In this document: piece after piece, positions 37,341 through 46,445 of the stretch
Layout of the letters: every line of letters begins with the position of its first letter
How positions within the stretch are numbered: position 1 is the first letter of the stretch
Source of the DNA: Spirochaetaceae bacterium
GTDB lineage: Bacteria > Spirochaetota > Spirochaetia > DSM-27196 > SKKC01
Direction: 5' to 3'
Assembly: GCA_046542845.1 (NCBI GenBank)
Contig: JBKHAN010000002.1
Span: 15,396 to 79,395, forward strand
Length of the DNA stretch: 64,000 bases
Program-made: the position numbers and the translations under genes
Notes under the pieces: model-generated
Told to the model about the DNA's origin: nothing
Seen by the model: only the letters and a program-made list of their open reading frames with translations
Database searches by the model: none

Positions 37341-38660
37341 GTGCTGTGTGTCCACAAGGGTAGGAGCCCGGGTAGATTTCGCAGGCAGGCAACAATCCCG
37401 ATATTGCGCTACATTTTCCCCATGCTCTTGTATCGTCTCTCGTGGACAGGCTGTATCCTTGTTTTTCTCGCCCTTTCTGCTGCCTCGGCGCAAACGCCGG
37501 TGACCACTGCCAGCTCGGCCGTTCCCTTGCTGAATCCGGGAGAGCGTCTCGAAATTACAGAACACGCGAACTACACGGTTCATCGCAACAACGAGTACGC
37601 CGGGCATCTGCAGCGGGAGACGCGGATATCCCTTGTGGCATCGCACCGTGACGATCTGCAGTCGATGCCACGGAGTTATCGCGGTGAGGTTCTTGTGACC
37701 GAAGATACGATCCGAAACCTCCGGACGATCGCCAGTCCTCTGTCGGTGCGTGCAGCGACGACGGTAGAATTCGACGGGACTCGTCTTCTCAGACGAGCCG
37801 GGGCGTCGGTCACACAAGGTATACCCACAGTACCAGCTCGCGGGGTCGATGCCGGTTGGGAGGCGCCGGCGGTGGTCCGGCTTCAGCTGGATAGCGAGAC
37901 GACCCGGAGCATTCCCGTGGTGGTTGCCTACCGTCCCCGCGGGTACGAGGTGTATCGGGGCGAGCGCGTATTCCGCATCGAATACGGCTACGCGCTCAGG
38001 TGGCCACTTGCCCCGCTGCAGCTCGAAGAGCACCCGGCAGCGGACTTGTTTGAGGCGGCTGACCTTCCACAGGACACGGTTTCGATTACCGGGAATCGTC
38101 AGGGGGTTGTACTTCTGCCGGCCGCTGGAGGACTGCCGGTCCTTCACCGTACCGAGCTCACCGAGCAGATCGTTGCATCAGGTGGCGATGTAGAGGACAG
38201 ACGAGGTTTTCTCCTGCGATGGTATCGTGGACCGACTGGCTCGCCCCGGATTGTCGAGCGACTTCAGGATCGAACCATTCCCGGGGTGGATATCGAACGC
38301 GACCCCTACGATCGGGTGCGTCTGTCGATCCGTGATCTTCAGTTTGTCGCAGATCAGGCGGCACTGCTACCAGGCGAGACGGGCCGACTCGACGCGCTTT
38401 CAGAACTCCTCCAATCGCTTGGTGAAACGACGATCCTTGTAACCGGCCATACCGCGGATATCGGCCTGGTCGAGAACCAGATGAACCTGTCGGTCGCCCG
38501 GGCGCGTCGAATCACCGAAGAGTTGATTGCCCGGGGCGTTGCACCGGGACGCCTGCGATACGAGGGACGCGGGGCGACCGAGCCGATCGGCGACAACAAC
38601 ACAGAACAGGGGCGCGCTGCAAACCGGCGGGTGGAGATTACCCTTCTGCAGGATTCGTGA
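37341..38660 (+). CDS. OmpA-domain envelope protein (unknown N-terminal domain plus OmpA C-terminal domain)
   Basis: C-terminus: ILVTGHTADIGLVENQMNLSVARARRITEELIARGVAPGRLRYEGRGATEPI...NRRVEITLL. GTG 37341 has AAGGAA 7 nt upstream. The alternative start ATG 37422 (MLLYRLSWTGCILVFLALSAASA) has no SD. Confidence 0.85.
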   Translation: MLCVHKGRSPGRFRRQATIPILRYIFPMLLYRLSWTGCILVFLALSAASAQTPVTTASSAVPLLNPGERLEITEHANYTVHRNNEYAGHLQRETRISLVASHRDDLQSMPRSYRGEVLVTEDTIRNLRTIASPLSVRAATTVEFDGTRLLRRAGASVTQGIPTVPARGVDAGWEAPAVVRLQLDSETTRSIPVVVAYRPRGYEVYRGERVFRIEYGYALRWPLAPLQLEEHPAADLFEAADLPQDTVSITGNRQGVVLLPAAGGLPVLHRTELTEQIVASGGDVEDRRGFLLRWYRGPTGSPRIVERLQDRTIPGVDIERDPYDRVRLSIRDLQFVADQAALLPGETGRLDALSELLQSLGETTILVTGHTADIGLVENQMNLSVARARRITEELIARGVAPGRLRYEGRGATEPIGDNNTEQGRAANRRVEITLLQDS

Positions 38661-38708
38661 ACCGCCTTTCCCCCAATCACCAAGCACTTTTCACTCGTAT
38701 AAAGAAGC

Positions 38709-39368
38709 ATGATGTACATAAAAGACATGCCGCCTGAGAACAGGCCACGGGAGCGCATTGCCACCACCGGCGCGCACGCGCTCTCTGACCGTGAACTCGT
38801 CAGTGCCGTGCTCGGCTCGGGTATCAAGGGTAAACGCATCGATCTGCTCGCCGACGAGGTGCTCGGCATACTCGACCGCGCCGGGCGGGGGCTCGACTAC
38901 GAGGACCTGCGTGCGGTCAGCGGTCTTGGTGAAGCAAAATCAAGCGTGCTGTGCGCAGCGTTCGAGCTCGCGCGGCGGGTGTATTCCCCGGACCCGTCGC
39001 GAATCCGCGTCCCGGCGGATGTGCTTCCGGCGATACGGCACTACGCCGACCGCAAGCAGGAGCACTTCCTTTCGGTGTCGCTCAACGGAGCGCACGAGAT
39101 TATCGCGGTGCGGGTGGTGTCTATCGGACTCGTGAACCGCACAATCGTACATCCCAGGGAGGTGTTTGCCGATCCGCTGACCGACCGGGCCGCGGCGGTC
39201 ATAGTCGCCCATAATCACCCGAGCGGGCAGGTGCAGCCGAGCATGGAGGACCGCGACGTCACCCGCAGGCTCAAGAGCGCCGGCGATACCCTGGGCCTGA
39301 AACTCCTCGATCACGTGGTGTTCAGCGCGCTTGGTTATTACAGCTTTCTGGAAAACGGGGAGCTGTAA
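38709..39368 (+). CDS. radC: RadC-family JAB/MPN-domain protein
   Basis: HNHPSGQVQPSMEDRDVTRRL JAMM-type motif and the N-terminal helix-hairpin-helix-like region ELVSAVLGSG. Confidence 0.9.
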   Translation: MMYIKDMPPENRPRERIATTGAHALSDRELVSAVLGSGIKGKRIDLLADEVLGILDRAGRGLDYEDLRAVSGLGEAKSSVLCAAFELARRVYSPDPSRIRVPADVLPAIRHYADRKQEHFLSVSLNGAHEIIAVRVVSIGLVNRTIVHPREVFADPLTDRAAAVIVAHNHPSGQVQPSMEDRDVTRRLKSAGDTLGLKLLDHVVFSALGYYSFLENGEL

Positions 39369-39405
39369 CACACGGTACATATATATTTCAGTATACTCAG
39401 GGTAG

Positions 39406-40899
39406 ATGGGCATTCCACTCGACGCATACAACCGCCTTACTCGCAAGCCGCGTGGCGAGTTTTTCGATCTTGAACTGCCGGTGGACTCCGGGGTTCTCCC
39501 GGATACCCTCAAGGGCGTCCTCTTCCGCAATGGTCCCGGTAGCCTCGAAAGCTACGGGGTGCCGTATGAACACCTTTTCGACGGCGACGGGTACATTCAA
39601 CGCTTCGAATTCGACGGCACGTCGGTGCGGTATACGGCGAAATTCGTTCGCACGCCGGAGCTGCAACGCGAATGGCAGGCGGAACGGCCTTTGTACCGGA
39701 GCTTCGGGACCAATCTGCCCGGCGGCATGCGCGCGAATGCCCTGCGCTTTCATTTCAAGAACGCAGCAAACACGAATCTGCTGCCCATTGGATCCGAACT
39801 GCTGGCGCTGTGGGAGGGAGGGTCTCCGTACCGGGTCGACGCCGCGACCCTCGACACGCTCGCCGGCCAATGGACAAATGGGGGCATGCTCTCGCCTCGC
39901 GGACTGGTAGAGAGACTCATGGGTGTCGGTCTGCCATTCTCGGCTCACCCGAAACACCTCGTCGACCGTCACGAGATTATTAACTTCGGCCTGCTGCCCG
40001 GGTTGCGGCAGAAACTGCTTCTGCACCGGCTTCCAGCGACCGAACACGGGGCGATCGCCGGCGACAGCAGCGAGCGCCTCGGGCAGCTGACCGAGCTGAT
40101 CCTGCCCAAACTTACCTTTATCCACGATTTCGTAGCACTGAAAGACGGGCGGCGGGTCATGTTCGACGTACCGGTGGCGTTTCATCTGGTTCCGGCCTTT
40201 CTGGGATTGAGTTCACCTGCCGCCGGCATTCGAGAAGATCGTTCCAAGCCGACGGTTATCCGCATCATAGACGATCGTCAGCCGGATGCCTCGCCGACGC
40301 AGCAGACGGTGGAAACGGAAGCTCTGTATGTCTTTCATTTTCCCAACGGCTTTGTCCGGGACGACGGGACAATCGTTGTCGACGCGTGCGTCATGGATCA
40401 CTTCCCCTCTGCCGCAGATATTCGTGGTCTGCTTCACGGGGTCAAACCTGCACATCCATTTTCCGCGCTGCTCACGCGCTTTGAAATTGACCCGGAATCG
40501 GGATCGGTCAGCCGTCGCACGGTATCCGATCTGCCGATGGAGCTCCCCACTGTAAACCCTGCGTACCGTAACCGCGACTACCGCTACGTCTGGGGCATGG
40601 CAGACCCCCCAGGTCGCTCCGAAACGGGTGCGCTTCACGGCATCGCGAAGTTTGACGTGCAGACCGGGCAGGACGTATTCGTCGACTTTTTTCCGGGCTT
40701 TCCTGGCGAGCCTCTGTTTGTGCCGAAGGAGCACGGCGGGAACGCGAGCGAGGATGAGGGATGGATACTCGTGCTTGTCGTCGATACTATCGAAGAAGCG
40801 GGGCGCATCCATGTCCTTGACGCACAAACCATGGAAGAGACCGCGCGGCTGCGTCTACCGCAGGCAGTACACGTCGGGTTTCACGGTCTGTGGCGCTGA
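39406..40899 (+). CDS. Carotenoid oxygenase family protein (RPE65/CCD-type non-haem iron dioxygenase)
   Basis: FDGDGYIQRFEF, SAHPKH, FIHDF, VFHFPNGF and C-terminal VHVGFHGLW match the family's four-His propeller pattern. Confidence 0.85.
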   Translation: MGIPLDAYNRLTRKPRGEFFDLELPVDSGVLPDTLKGVLFRNGPGSLESYGVPYEHLFDGDGYIQRFEFDGTSVRYTAKFVRTPELQREWQAERPLYRSFGTNLPGGMRANALRFHFKNAANTNLLPIGSELLALWEGGSPYRVDAATLDTLAGQWTNGGMLSPRGLVERLMGVGLPFSAHPKHLVDRHEIINFGLLPGLRQKLLLHRLPATEHGAIAGDSSERLGQLTELILPKLTFIHDFVALKDGRRVMFDVPVAFHLVPAFLGLSSPAAGIREDRSKPTVIRIIDDRQPDASPTQQTVETEALYVFHFPNGFVRDDGTIVVDACVMDHFPSAADIRGLLHGVKPAHPFSALLTRFEIDPESGSVSRRTVSDLPMELPTVNPAYRNRDYRYVWGMADPPGRSETGALHGIAKFDVQTGQDVFVDFFPGFPGEPLFVPKEHGGNASEDEGWILVLVVDTIEEAGRIHVLDAQTMEETARLRLPQAVHVGFHGLWR

Positions 40900-41313
40900 T
40901 CATGCACGCTCCAGGGCTCGACGCGCCGCAGCTATGACACCGCGGACTGAAGGGTAGCGAACCGTTCGGAAGGCGTCATCCAGACGAAACCAGCGCGTAT
41001 CCCGTATCTCTTCGGGCTGCGGTGTGAGCTGTCCGGCCTTGACGTGGGCGAGGAAGTACACGACCTCTTTCGTTTTTCCGCTCGGGAGCGTGTAGACTAC
41101 AGACTCTGCAAAGCCTTCGGCCGGCGTAATCGATAGCCCGGTTTCTTCGCGCACCTCACGGATAGCGGTCTCTGCATCGCTCTCACCAGCCTCCACGTGG
41201 CCTTTCGGCAGTCCCCAGTCACCGTTGTGCTGGAGTACAAGCACGCACTCCCATTCCCCGAAGCCGGTTTTCCTCACGACTACCGCGCCGGCAGCCCGTT
41301 CGTCAGTGCCCAT
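40900..41313 (-). CDS. NUDIX hydrolase
   Basis: Nudix box GLPKGHVEAGESDAETAIREVREETGL. Its stop abuts the convergent oxygenase stop (TGA|TCA, 40897-40902). Confidence 0.9.
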   Translation of the reverse strand: MGTDERAAGAVVVRKTGFGEWECVLVLQHNGDWGLPKGHVEAGESDAETAIREVREETGLSITPAEGFAESVVYTLPSGKTKEVVYFLAHVKAGQLTPQPEEIRDTRWFRLDDAFRTVRYPSVRGVIAAARRALERA

Positions 41314-41906
41314 TACATCTGCTCCAGAAAGCGTGTAAGTCCGCCTATGAGCATTTCAAACGAAAGCGTGACCAGTATCATGCCCATAAGTCGCTCGATT
41401 GCGACAAGAAAGCTCGATCCCAGCCGACGGCGCAGTCTGTCGGCGGATACAAGAATCAGGCAGGATGCGAGCCATGCGAGAAATAGAGCCAGAAACCACA
41501 CCGGCACACGCTCAGGATGCTGGGTCGCGATCAGCATTACCGTAGCGATCGATGAAGGGCCCGCGATAAGCGGTACGGCCAGGGGTACGACAATGGGATC
41601 GCTGTGCGGAACGCCGCCCGCGATACTGTTTTCGGCGCTCGGGAATATCATCTTGATTGCGATCAGAAAAAGCACCACGCCGCCCCCCATGCTGAGGCTT
41701 GCTTCGGAGATCTGAAGGCCGTTGAGGAGAAGGCGTCCGAAAAAGAGAAAGAGGGTCAGCACGCCCAACGCAATGAGCATCTCACGGAGAATAACCAGGC
41801 GGCGGCGCCTGTCGTCGACATTCCGCAACACCGAGATAAACAGGGGTATATTGCCAAGAGAATCCATGACCAGGAACAGCGTCAGGGCTGCGGAAAACAG
41901 CGTCAT
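41313..41906 (-). CDS. MarC-family (UPF0056) integral membrane protein
   Basis: Six-TM pattern with MDSLGNIPLFISV near the N-terminus. The stop shares one base with the Nudix start (TAATG). Confidence 0.85.
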   Translation of the reverse strand: MTLFSAALTLFLVMDSLGNIPLFISVLRNVDDRRRRLVILREMLIALGVLTLFLFFGRLLLNGLQISEASLSMGGGVVLFLIAIKMIFPSAENSIAGGVPHSDPIVVPLAVPLIAGPSSIATVMLIATQHPERVPVWFLALFLAWLASCLILVSADRLRRRLGSSFLVAIERLMGMILVTLSFEMLIGGLTRFLEQM

Positions 41907-41918
41907 TGCTCAGACCTC

Positions 41919-43037
41919 TCAGGTTCGGCTCACCAAGTAATCGGGACTCAGGGCAAGGTTGATGCGTGCTGCGAGCCCGAGCGTTTCCCCATAGGTAAGC
42001 CGTCCAACCGGCACCTGTACGCCAATTACATCGCCGGCATCGGATCGTGCCGGTTCTATGCCCCGTGCGCGCTGTATCTCATTCTCTCCAACACCCGGAA
42101 AGACGAGATAACGCTCGGGGCGATCCGGATTCAGCGCAACCACACATCGATCGACCGAGTGCCGGGGGAGCGTCAGGTGGACTCCCTTCCACCGCGTTTC
42201 GAGTTCGAACACGTCCTCGGAGATAAGAAGATCAAACTCCTGCCGTTGTATGCGGGTCAGACGATACAATAGCCGGAGCGTTCCGGCGCCGACTAGTAGA
42301 AACAGGATGTTCTGCAGGGTGTCGCTTATCTCGGGTGACACAGCCCATACCACCAGCACGAGACTCAGCACCGACATGAGGCGAAACCTGACCGCGCGCC
42401 CGAATGCACGCGGTCGCCACGTCAGATTGACGACATGCCCGCTTTGGTATTCGCGCAGCAGTCCGGCGGTTGGATCATGAAAGCCGGATGTAGTAACAGG
42501 TGCCGCCACGTAGAGGTCGCCATCATCTTTCTGGGGATGATCCTGAAGACCGACCTGAGACGGGAAGTCCCGCGTTATCGGTTTTTCGGTCCCAGCGATG
42601 CGAAAACTCAACGTGCCACCGCCCTGCAGATGGACCCGTACCGGCACCCTGCCGCGAAAACCGGGTTCACCGATCTCGACAAAGTGCACCGAGTCGTAAT
42701 CGAGCGCTACCGTCGGCATGGACCGTACAAAAAACGATTCCTGCAGGATCAACTGTCGCGAGACGAGGTCAAACTCCAGAGTCGCAGGAGGTCGCGAGTC
42801 GAAAAGAATCGAAAAGCCCAGACAAAGGAGCGCGAGACCGGTTCCGCTGGCAGCCTGCATAAGATGGGGCTCCATGAATCGGCTCGTCGCGTAGAGCCCC
42901 GCGAAGACACCAATGAAACCGCCGACAACCAGGATGCTTCCCGCTGCCGAATACGGTTGCGGCGCACAGGGCAGCGCAACCGCGCCGGGGGTTATCGAAT
43001 CGCCATCGTCTACCGGTACAGCACGTTCATCGCTCAT
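41919..43037 (-). CDS. Membrane protein with an internally duplicated (2 TM plus soluble module) architecture
   Basis: The track ORF starts at TTG 43094; ATG 43037 (MSDERAVPV...) is preferred but uncertain. There are two hydrophobic pairs. Each is followed by a module beginning EFDL(V/L)(S/I): ATLEFDLVSRQLIL and RQEFDLLISEDVFEL. Confidence 0.6.
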   Translation of the reverse strand: MSDERAVPVDDGDSITPGAVALPCAPQPYSAAGSILVVGGFIGVFAGLYATSRFMEPHLMQAASGTGLALLCLGFSILFDSRPPATLEFDLVSRQLILQESFFVRSMPTVALDYDSVHFVEIGEPGFRGRVPVRVHLQGGGTLSFRIAGTEKPITRDFPSQVGLQDHPQKDDGDLYVAAPVTTSGFHDPTAGLLREYQSGHVVNLTWRPRAFGRAVRFRLMSVLSLVLVVWAVSPEISDTLQNILFLLVGAGTLRLLYRLTRIQRQEFDLLISEDVFELETRWKGVHLTLPRHSVDRCVVALNPDRPERYLVFPGVGENEIQRARGIEPARSDAGDVIGVQVPVGRLTYGETLGLAARINLALSPDYLVSRT

Positions 43038-43103
43038 TAGGTGTATAGTATAGACACAGCGAGGGAAAAACGCGACCCCGAAGCCGGCGAGCAATTCGGC
43101 GCA

Positions 43104-45797
43104 TTATACGGCGTTGCGACTCGCGTTCACGTTTGCGGCCAGACTTTTCACGATAAGCTTCTCGAAAGAAACCGCTTCGTCGTCGGAGTACTCCTTATCC
43201 CCTGCGTCGCGCGCGCGCAGCTGGTCCAGCGCGTATCGCTGTATGACGAGAGACGGGAACACGACCTGCTCGCGCAGTTCTATCGAACGGCGGATAACCG
43301 GATCGTTTTCGAGCAGAAACGACTGGCCCGAAACGTTCTTTATTTCCTGTATCGTGAGCTGCGCCTCCTCGAATACCATGGTCCAGATTTCGCCGAATCG
43401 TTTGTCGCGCTGGATGTAATGGGTCAGCGAGAAGCGGGTTTTCTGCAGCGCCTGCATTGCGTTTTCGACGAGGGTACGGAAGAAAAGGCTTCGCCGGTAC
43501 AGATTCCGTATTTCGTCTTCGCGGCCGTTCTGCCGAATCATGGAAAGGCCGGTTCCCAGGCCGTAAAACCCGGGAACATTCTGCTTCAGCTGACTCCATG
43601 CCCCGACGAATGGAATGGCCCGAAGGTCCGAAAAGCTGAATTCCGAGCTCGTGCTGCGCGATGTCGGCCGACTTCCGATATTGGTCATGCCGTAATACTG
43701 CAGCGGACTGCACTCAAGCAGGTAGGCGATAAAATCAGGGTGCGCTTTCAGGTTCCGATACGCCGTGTTGCACTTCGCCGACAGCTCGTCGAGCAACGCT
43801 CGATCCTCCACGCCGAGGTCGTAGACATCCTCCGGGAACAGGGCTGCATCCACGCCCGCCGAAACGAGTTGCTCCATGTTGTGAGTCGCCGCCGGCGGCG
43901 TCCCGTATTTGCTCGATATGGTCTGCCCCTGTATCGTCAGATGCAGTTCGCGGCTTTCGATATTACGCCCGAGGCTCCGGTAAAACTTGTGCGTATTCCC
44001 CCCGCCCCGCGCCGGTGGTCCCCCGCGGCCGTCGAAAAAGACGACGCGAAAGCCATGCCTGCGCGATACATCGGTCAACTCCTGCTTGGCCCGGAAAATC
44101 TTCCAGTTGGCGGTCATATAACCGCCGTCCTTTGTGCCGTCGGAAAAGCCGAGCATTATGGTCTGCGTACTGTGCCTCGAAGAGAGGTGCTTTCTGTACA
44201 GCGGCATGCTGTAGAGCGTGTCCATGACCTCACGAGCGCGTTCGAGGTCGTCAACGGTCTCAAACAGCGGAACTATGTCCAGCGAACTTTCTGCCGCCGA
44301 CCACCCCGCGAGCTGAGCCAGGAGCCACACTTCCATGACGTTGGCCGCATTCCGGGTGTTGCTGATAATGTACCGATGAACCCCGCGCTCGCCGTTCAGG
44401 TGCTGTATGGATCGCGCAGCGCGCAGACTCTGAATGGTGTCGCGACTCACTCCCTCATCAAGATCATCCAGGATTTCCCGGTCGAGGGGAAAAAGGTCCG
44501 AGAGCTCTTCGACAAGCGCAAGTCGCTCGCCGACTCCAAGGTCGGTGTACGAGCGACGGCTGCCGGTCGAAGAGAGCGTCTGTATGGGCTGTCCTTTATC
44601 GCTGCAGTACTGAGCGAGGAGATCGACGAGCGAGGTCACCAGACGTTCGTGCACCCGGCTGTCCTGGCGTATGTCCATGGTAGCAAAATGAAACCCGAAG
44701 ATACGCACGCGATAGATCAGCTCGTTCACCAGCTCGACGTACAAGCCACCGTGGCGAGACTGTATCTGTTCGCGAAGCGAGGTAAGGTCGCGGAGAAACG
44801 CGTCAGCCGAATCGTAGCCGAGATCGGCGCGGTCCTCACAGCCCGACGCGTCGTCGGCACCCTCACCGTGGCGCACAATGAAGGGGTGCAGCGTAAAATC
44901 GAGGCGTTCGTGTATCGCCTCCACCTGCTCGACGACGCCGTCGAATGTGAGTCGTCGGAGAAGCGCCTGCATATCGTTCAGATACAGCGCGAGGATGCGG
45001 GCTCGCAGCGTGTGTCCGATCTGCACGGTCAGCTCGCTCGTAACAAAGGGGTTGCCGTCACGGTCCCCGCCGGGCCAGAACCCGAGCTCGAGCGACGAAC
45101 TCAGTGCGAGCGCGTCGGTTTCGCTCAGAGCGGTCGCCTCAAGCAGCCTGCGATGGATATCGGGTATGGTGTGATAAAACACGTTCTCCATGAACCAGAG
45201 CAAACTCTTCGCTTCATCGTAGGGAGTCGGCTTTTCCTTGTTCTTGAATCTCGTCATGCCCATCTGAAGCAAAAGGTCATGGACGCGCCGAATGTCGTTC
45301 ACGTCGAGTGCGTCGCTGAGATCGGTAATGATGCCGAGAATCTCGTCCGGATAAAACTGCGTGGGATGCGCGGTCAGGACCAGGCGCACGCGGTATTCGC
45401 GAAGAATCTCCGTGAGCTCCTGCTGACGCTGTTTACTCTCTACCCGGCTCACGAGCTCACGAAGGCTGCCGGGCCCTTCCACGTCGCGTATTCTGGAGTA
45501 CGCAGCATCTTCGAGGGCGTCAAACAGGACGACCTGTCGTTCGACAAGCTGCATGAACCGGAAGAGCATTCCGGTTCGCTCCTCGGCGCTTGCACCGGAC
45601 ATTTTCTCACGAAAAAAGCCCTCGACAGCCTCCACAGGTGTTTTCCCGCGCTCAAGCTGCTCGCTGACGTCGGCAGCGAAAATCGGCAGCATAAGCCCTG
45701 CGTCCGTGACGCCTTCAAACGGCAGAGTCAGAAACATGCCGTTGAAGACGTGATACTTCATGACAACGTGCTCTTCGAAGGCTGTCAGACTATCCAT
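43104..45797 (-). CDS. ppc: Phosphoenolpyruvate carboxylase
   Basis: VLTAHPTQF, MLGFSDGTKDGGY and FFDGRGGPPARGGG motifs; 897 aa. Confidence 0.96.
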   Translation of the reverse strand: MDSLTAFEEHVVMKYHVFNGMFLTLPFEGVTDAGLMLPIFAADVSEQLERGKTPVEAVEGFFREKMSGASAEERTGMLFRFMQLVERQVVLFDALEDAAYSRIRDVEGPGSLRELVSRVESKQRQQELTEILREYRVRLVLTAHPTQFYPDEILGIITDLSDALDVNDIRRVHDLLLQMGMTRFKNKEKPTPYDEAKSLLWFMENVFYHTIPDIHRRLLEATALSETDALALSSSLELGFWPGGDRDGNPFVTSELTVQIGHTLRARILALYLNDMQALLRRLTFDGVVEQVEAIHERLDFTLHPFIVRHGEGADDASGCEDRADLGYDSADAFLRDLTSLREQIQSRHGGLYVELVNELIYRVRIFGFHFATMDIRQDSRVHERLVTSLVDLLAQYCSDKGQPIQTLSSTGSRRSYTDLGVGERLALVEELSDLFPLDREILDDLDEGVSRDTIQSLRAARSIQHLNGERGVHRYIISNTRNAANVMEVWLLAQLAGWSAAESSLDIVPLFETVDDLERAREVMDTLYSMPLYRKHLSSRHSTQTIMLGFSDGTKDGGYMTANWKIFRAKQELTDVSRRHGFRVVFFDGRGGPPARGGGNTHKFYRSLGRNIESRELHLTIQGQTISSKYGTPPAATHNMEQLVSAGVDAALFPEDVYDLGVEDRALLDELSAKCNTAYRNLKAHPDFIAYLLECSPLQYYGMTNIGSRPTSRSTSSEFSFSDLRAIPFVGAWSQLKQNVPGFYGLGTGLSMIRQNGREDEIRNLYRRSLFFRTLVENAMQALQKTRFSLTHYIQRDKRFGEIWTMVFEEAQLTIQEIKNVSGQSFLLENDPVIRRSIELREQVVFPSLVIQRYALDQLRARDAGDKEYSDDEAVSFEKLIVKSLAANVNASRNAV

Positions 45798-45800
45798 GAA

Positions 45801-46445
45801 TTACTCCGTGAGATAGCGCAGATACCAGTCAATCGCATGCGCGGCGACCTGGGCAAGCGCACCTTCCTCTTCAAAAAGATGTGATGCATCGGGAACAATG
45901 CGTAGATCTTTCGGCCCGTTCAGCTGCTCCATCGCCCGCTCGTTATACTGCCGAATCTGATAATCGAACCCGCCGACGACGAGCAGGCTTGGAACCCGAA
46001 TGCGCTTCAGGTCGCTGAGCACGAGATCCGGTCTGCCCCCGCGGCTGACCACGGCCTTCACGTCAGGCTTGCCCGTCGTTATGACCTTGAATGCCGCGGC
46101 ACTTCCGGTGCTCGATCCGAAATAGCCAACAGGCAGCTTCGAAGCCCAATCCTGGGCTCGTACCCAGTCGGTCGTCTCCGACAGTCTCCCGGCCATGAGG
46201 CCAATATCGAAGCGATTGTCAGGATCTTCGTCTTCTTCGGCGGTCAGAAGGTCGAAGAGCAGTGATCCGATGCCGGCGTCCGAGAGCTGTTGCGCCACAA
46301 AACGGTTACGCGGACTCATGCGACTCGACCCGGTTCCGTGCGAAAAAATCACAAGGCCAACTGCACTGTCCGGCAGATAGAGACTACCCGGGAGACGGAC
46401 ATTCGGAAGCGATATTTCCAGATCCCGAGACGATTCGTCGCTCAT
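45801..46445 (-). CDS. Alpha/beta hydrolase (dienelactone-hydrolase-like)
   Basis: VIFSHGTGSS..., nucleophile elbow GSSTG, C-terminal ...PDASHLFEE. Its stop is 3 nt from the ppc start. Confidence 0.8.
   Translation of the reverse strand: MSDESSRDLEISLPNVRLPGSLYLPDSAVGLVIFSHGTGSSRMSPRNRFVAQQLSDAGIGSLLFDLLTAEEDEDPDNRFDIGLMAGRLSETTDWVRAQDWASKLPVGYFGSSTGSAAAFKVITTGKPDVKAVVSRGGRPDLVLSDLKRIRVPSLLVVGGFDYQIRQYNERAMEQLNGPKDLRIVPDASHLFEEEGALAQVAAHAIDWYLRYLTE

Noticed and set aside
38709-39368. radC as a marker of a mobile element or defence island
   Set aside because: There is no integrase, transposase, tRNA attachment site, direct repeats, restriction/modification gene or toxin-like gene nearby. Its neighbours are ordinary envelope and metabolic genes.
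39406-40899. The carotenoid oxygenase homolog as part of a pigment or retinal module
   Set aside because: There are no carotenoid biosynthesis genes (crt) or rhodopsin genes in the window. Family members also cleave stilbenes and lignin-derived aromatics, so no pathway claim can be supported from this window.
43041-45884. 947-aa plus-strand ORF spanning the whole ppc gene in antisense
   Set aside because: It is in the codon-aligned antisense frame. Its first codon base is at coordinates divisible by 3, and this pairs with ppc third positions. In that frame, antisense stops can arise only from the sense codons TTA, CTA and TCA, which are rare in a GC-rich gene. There is no SD and the composition is unconvincing. 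The ppc assignment on the other strand is unambiguous.
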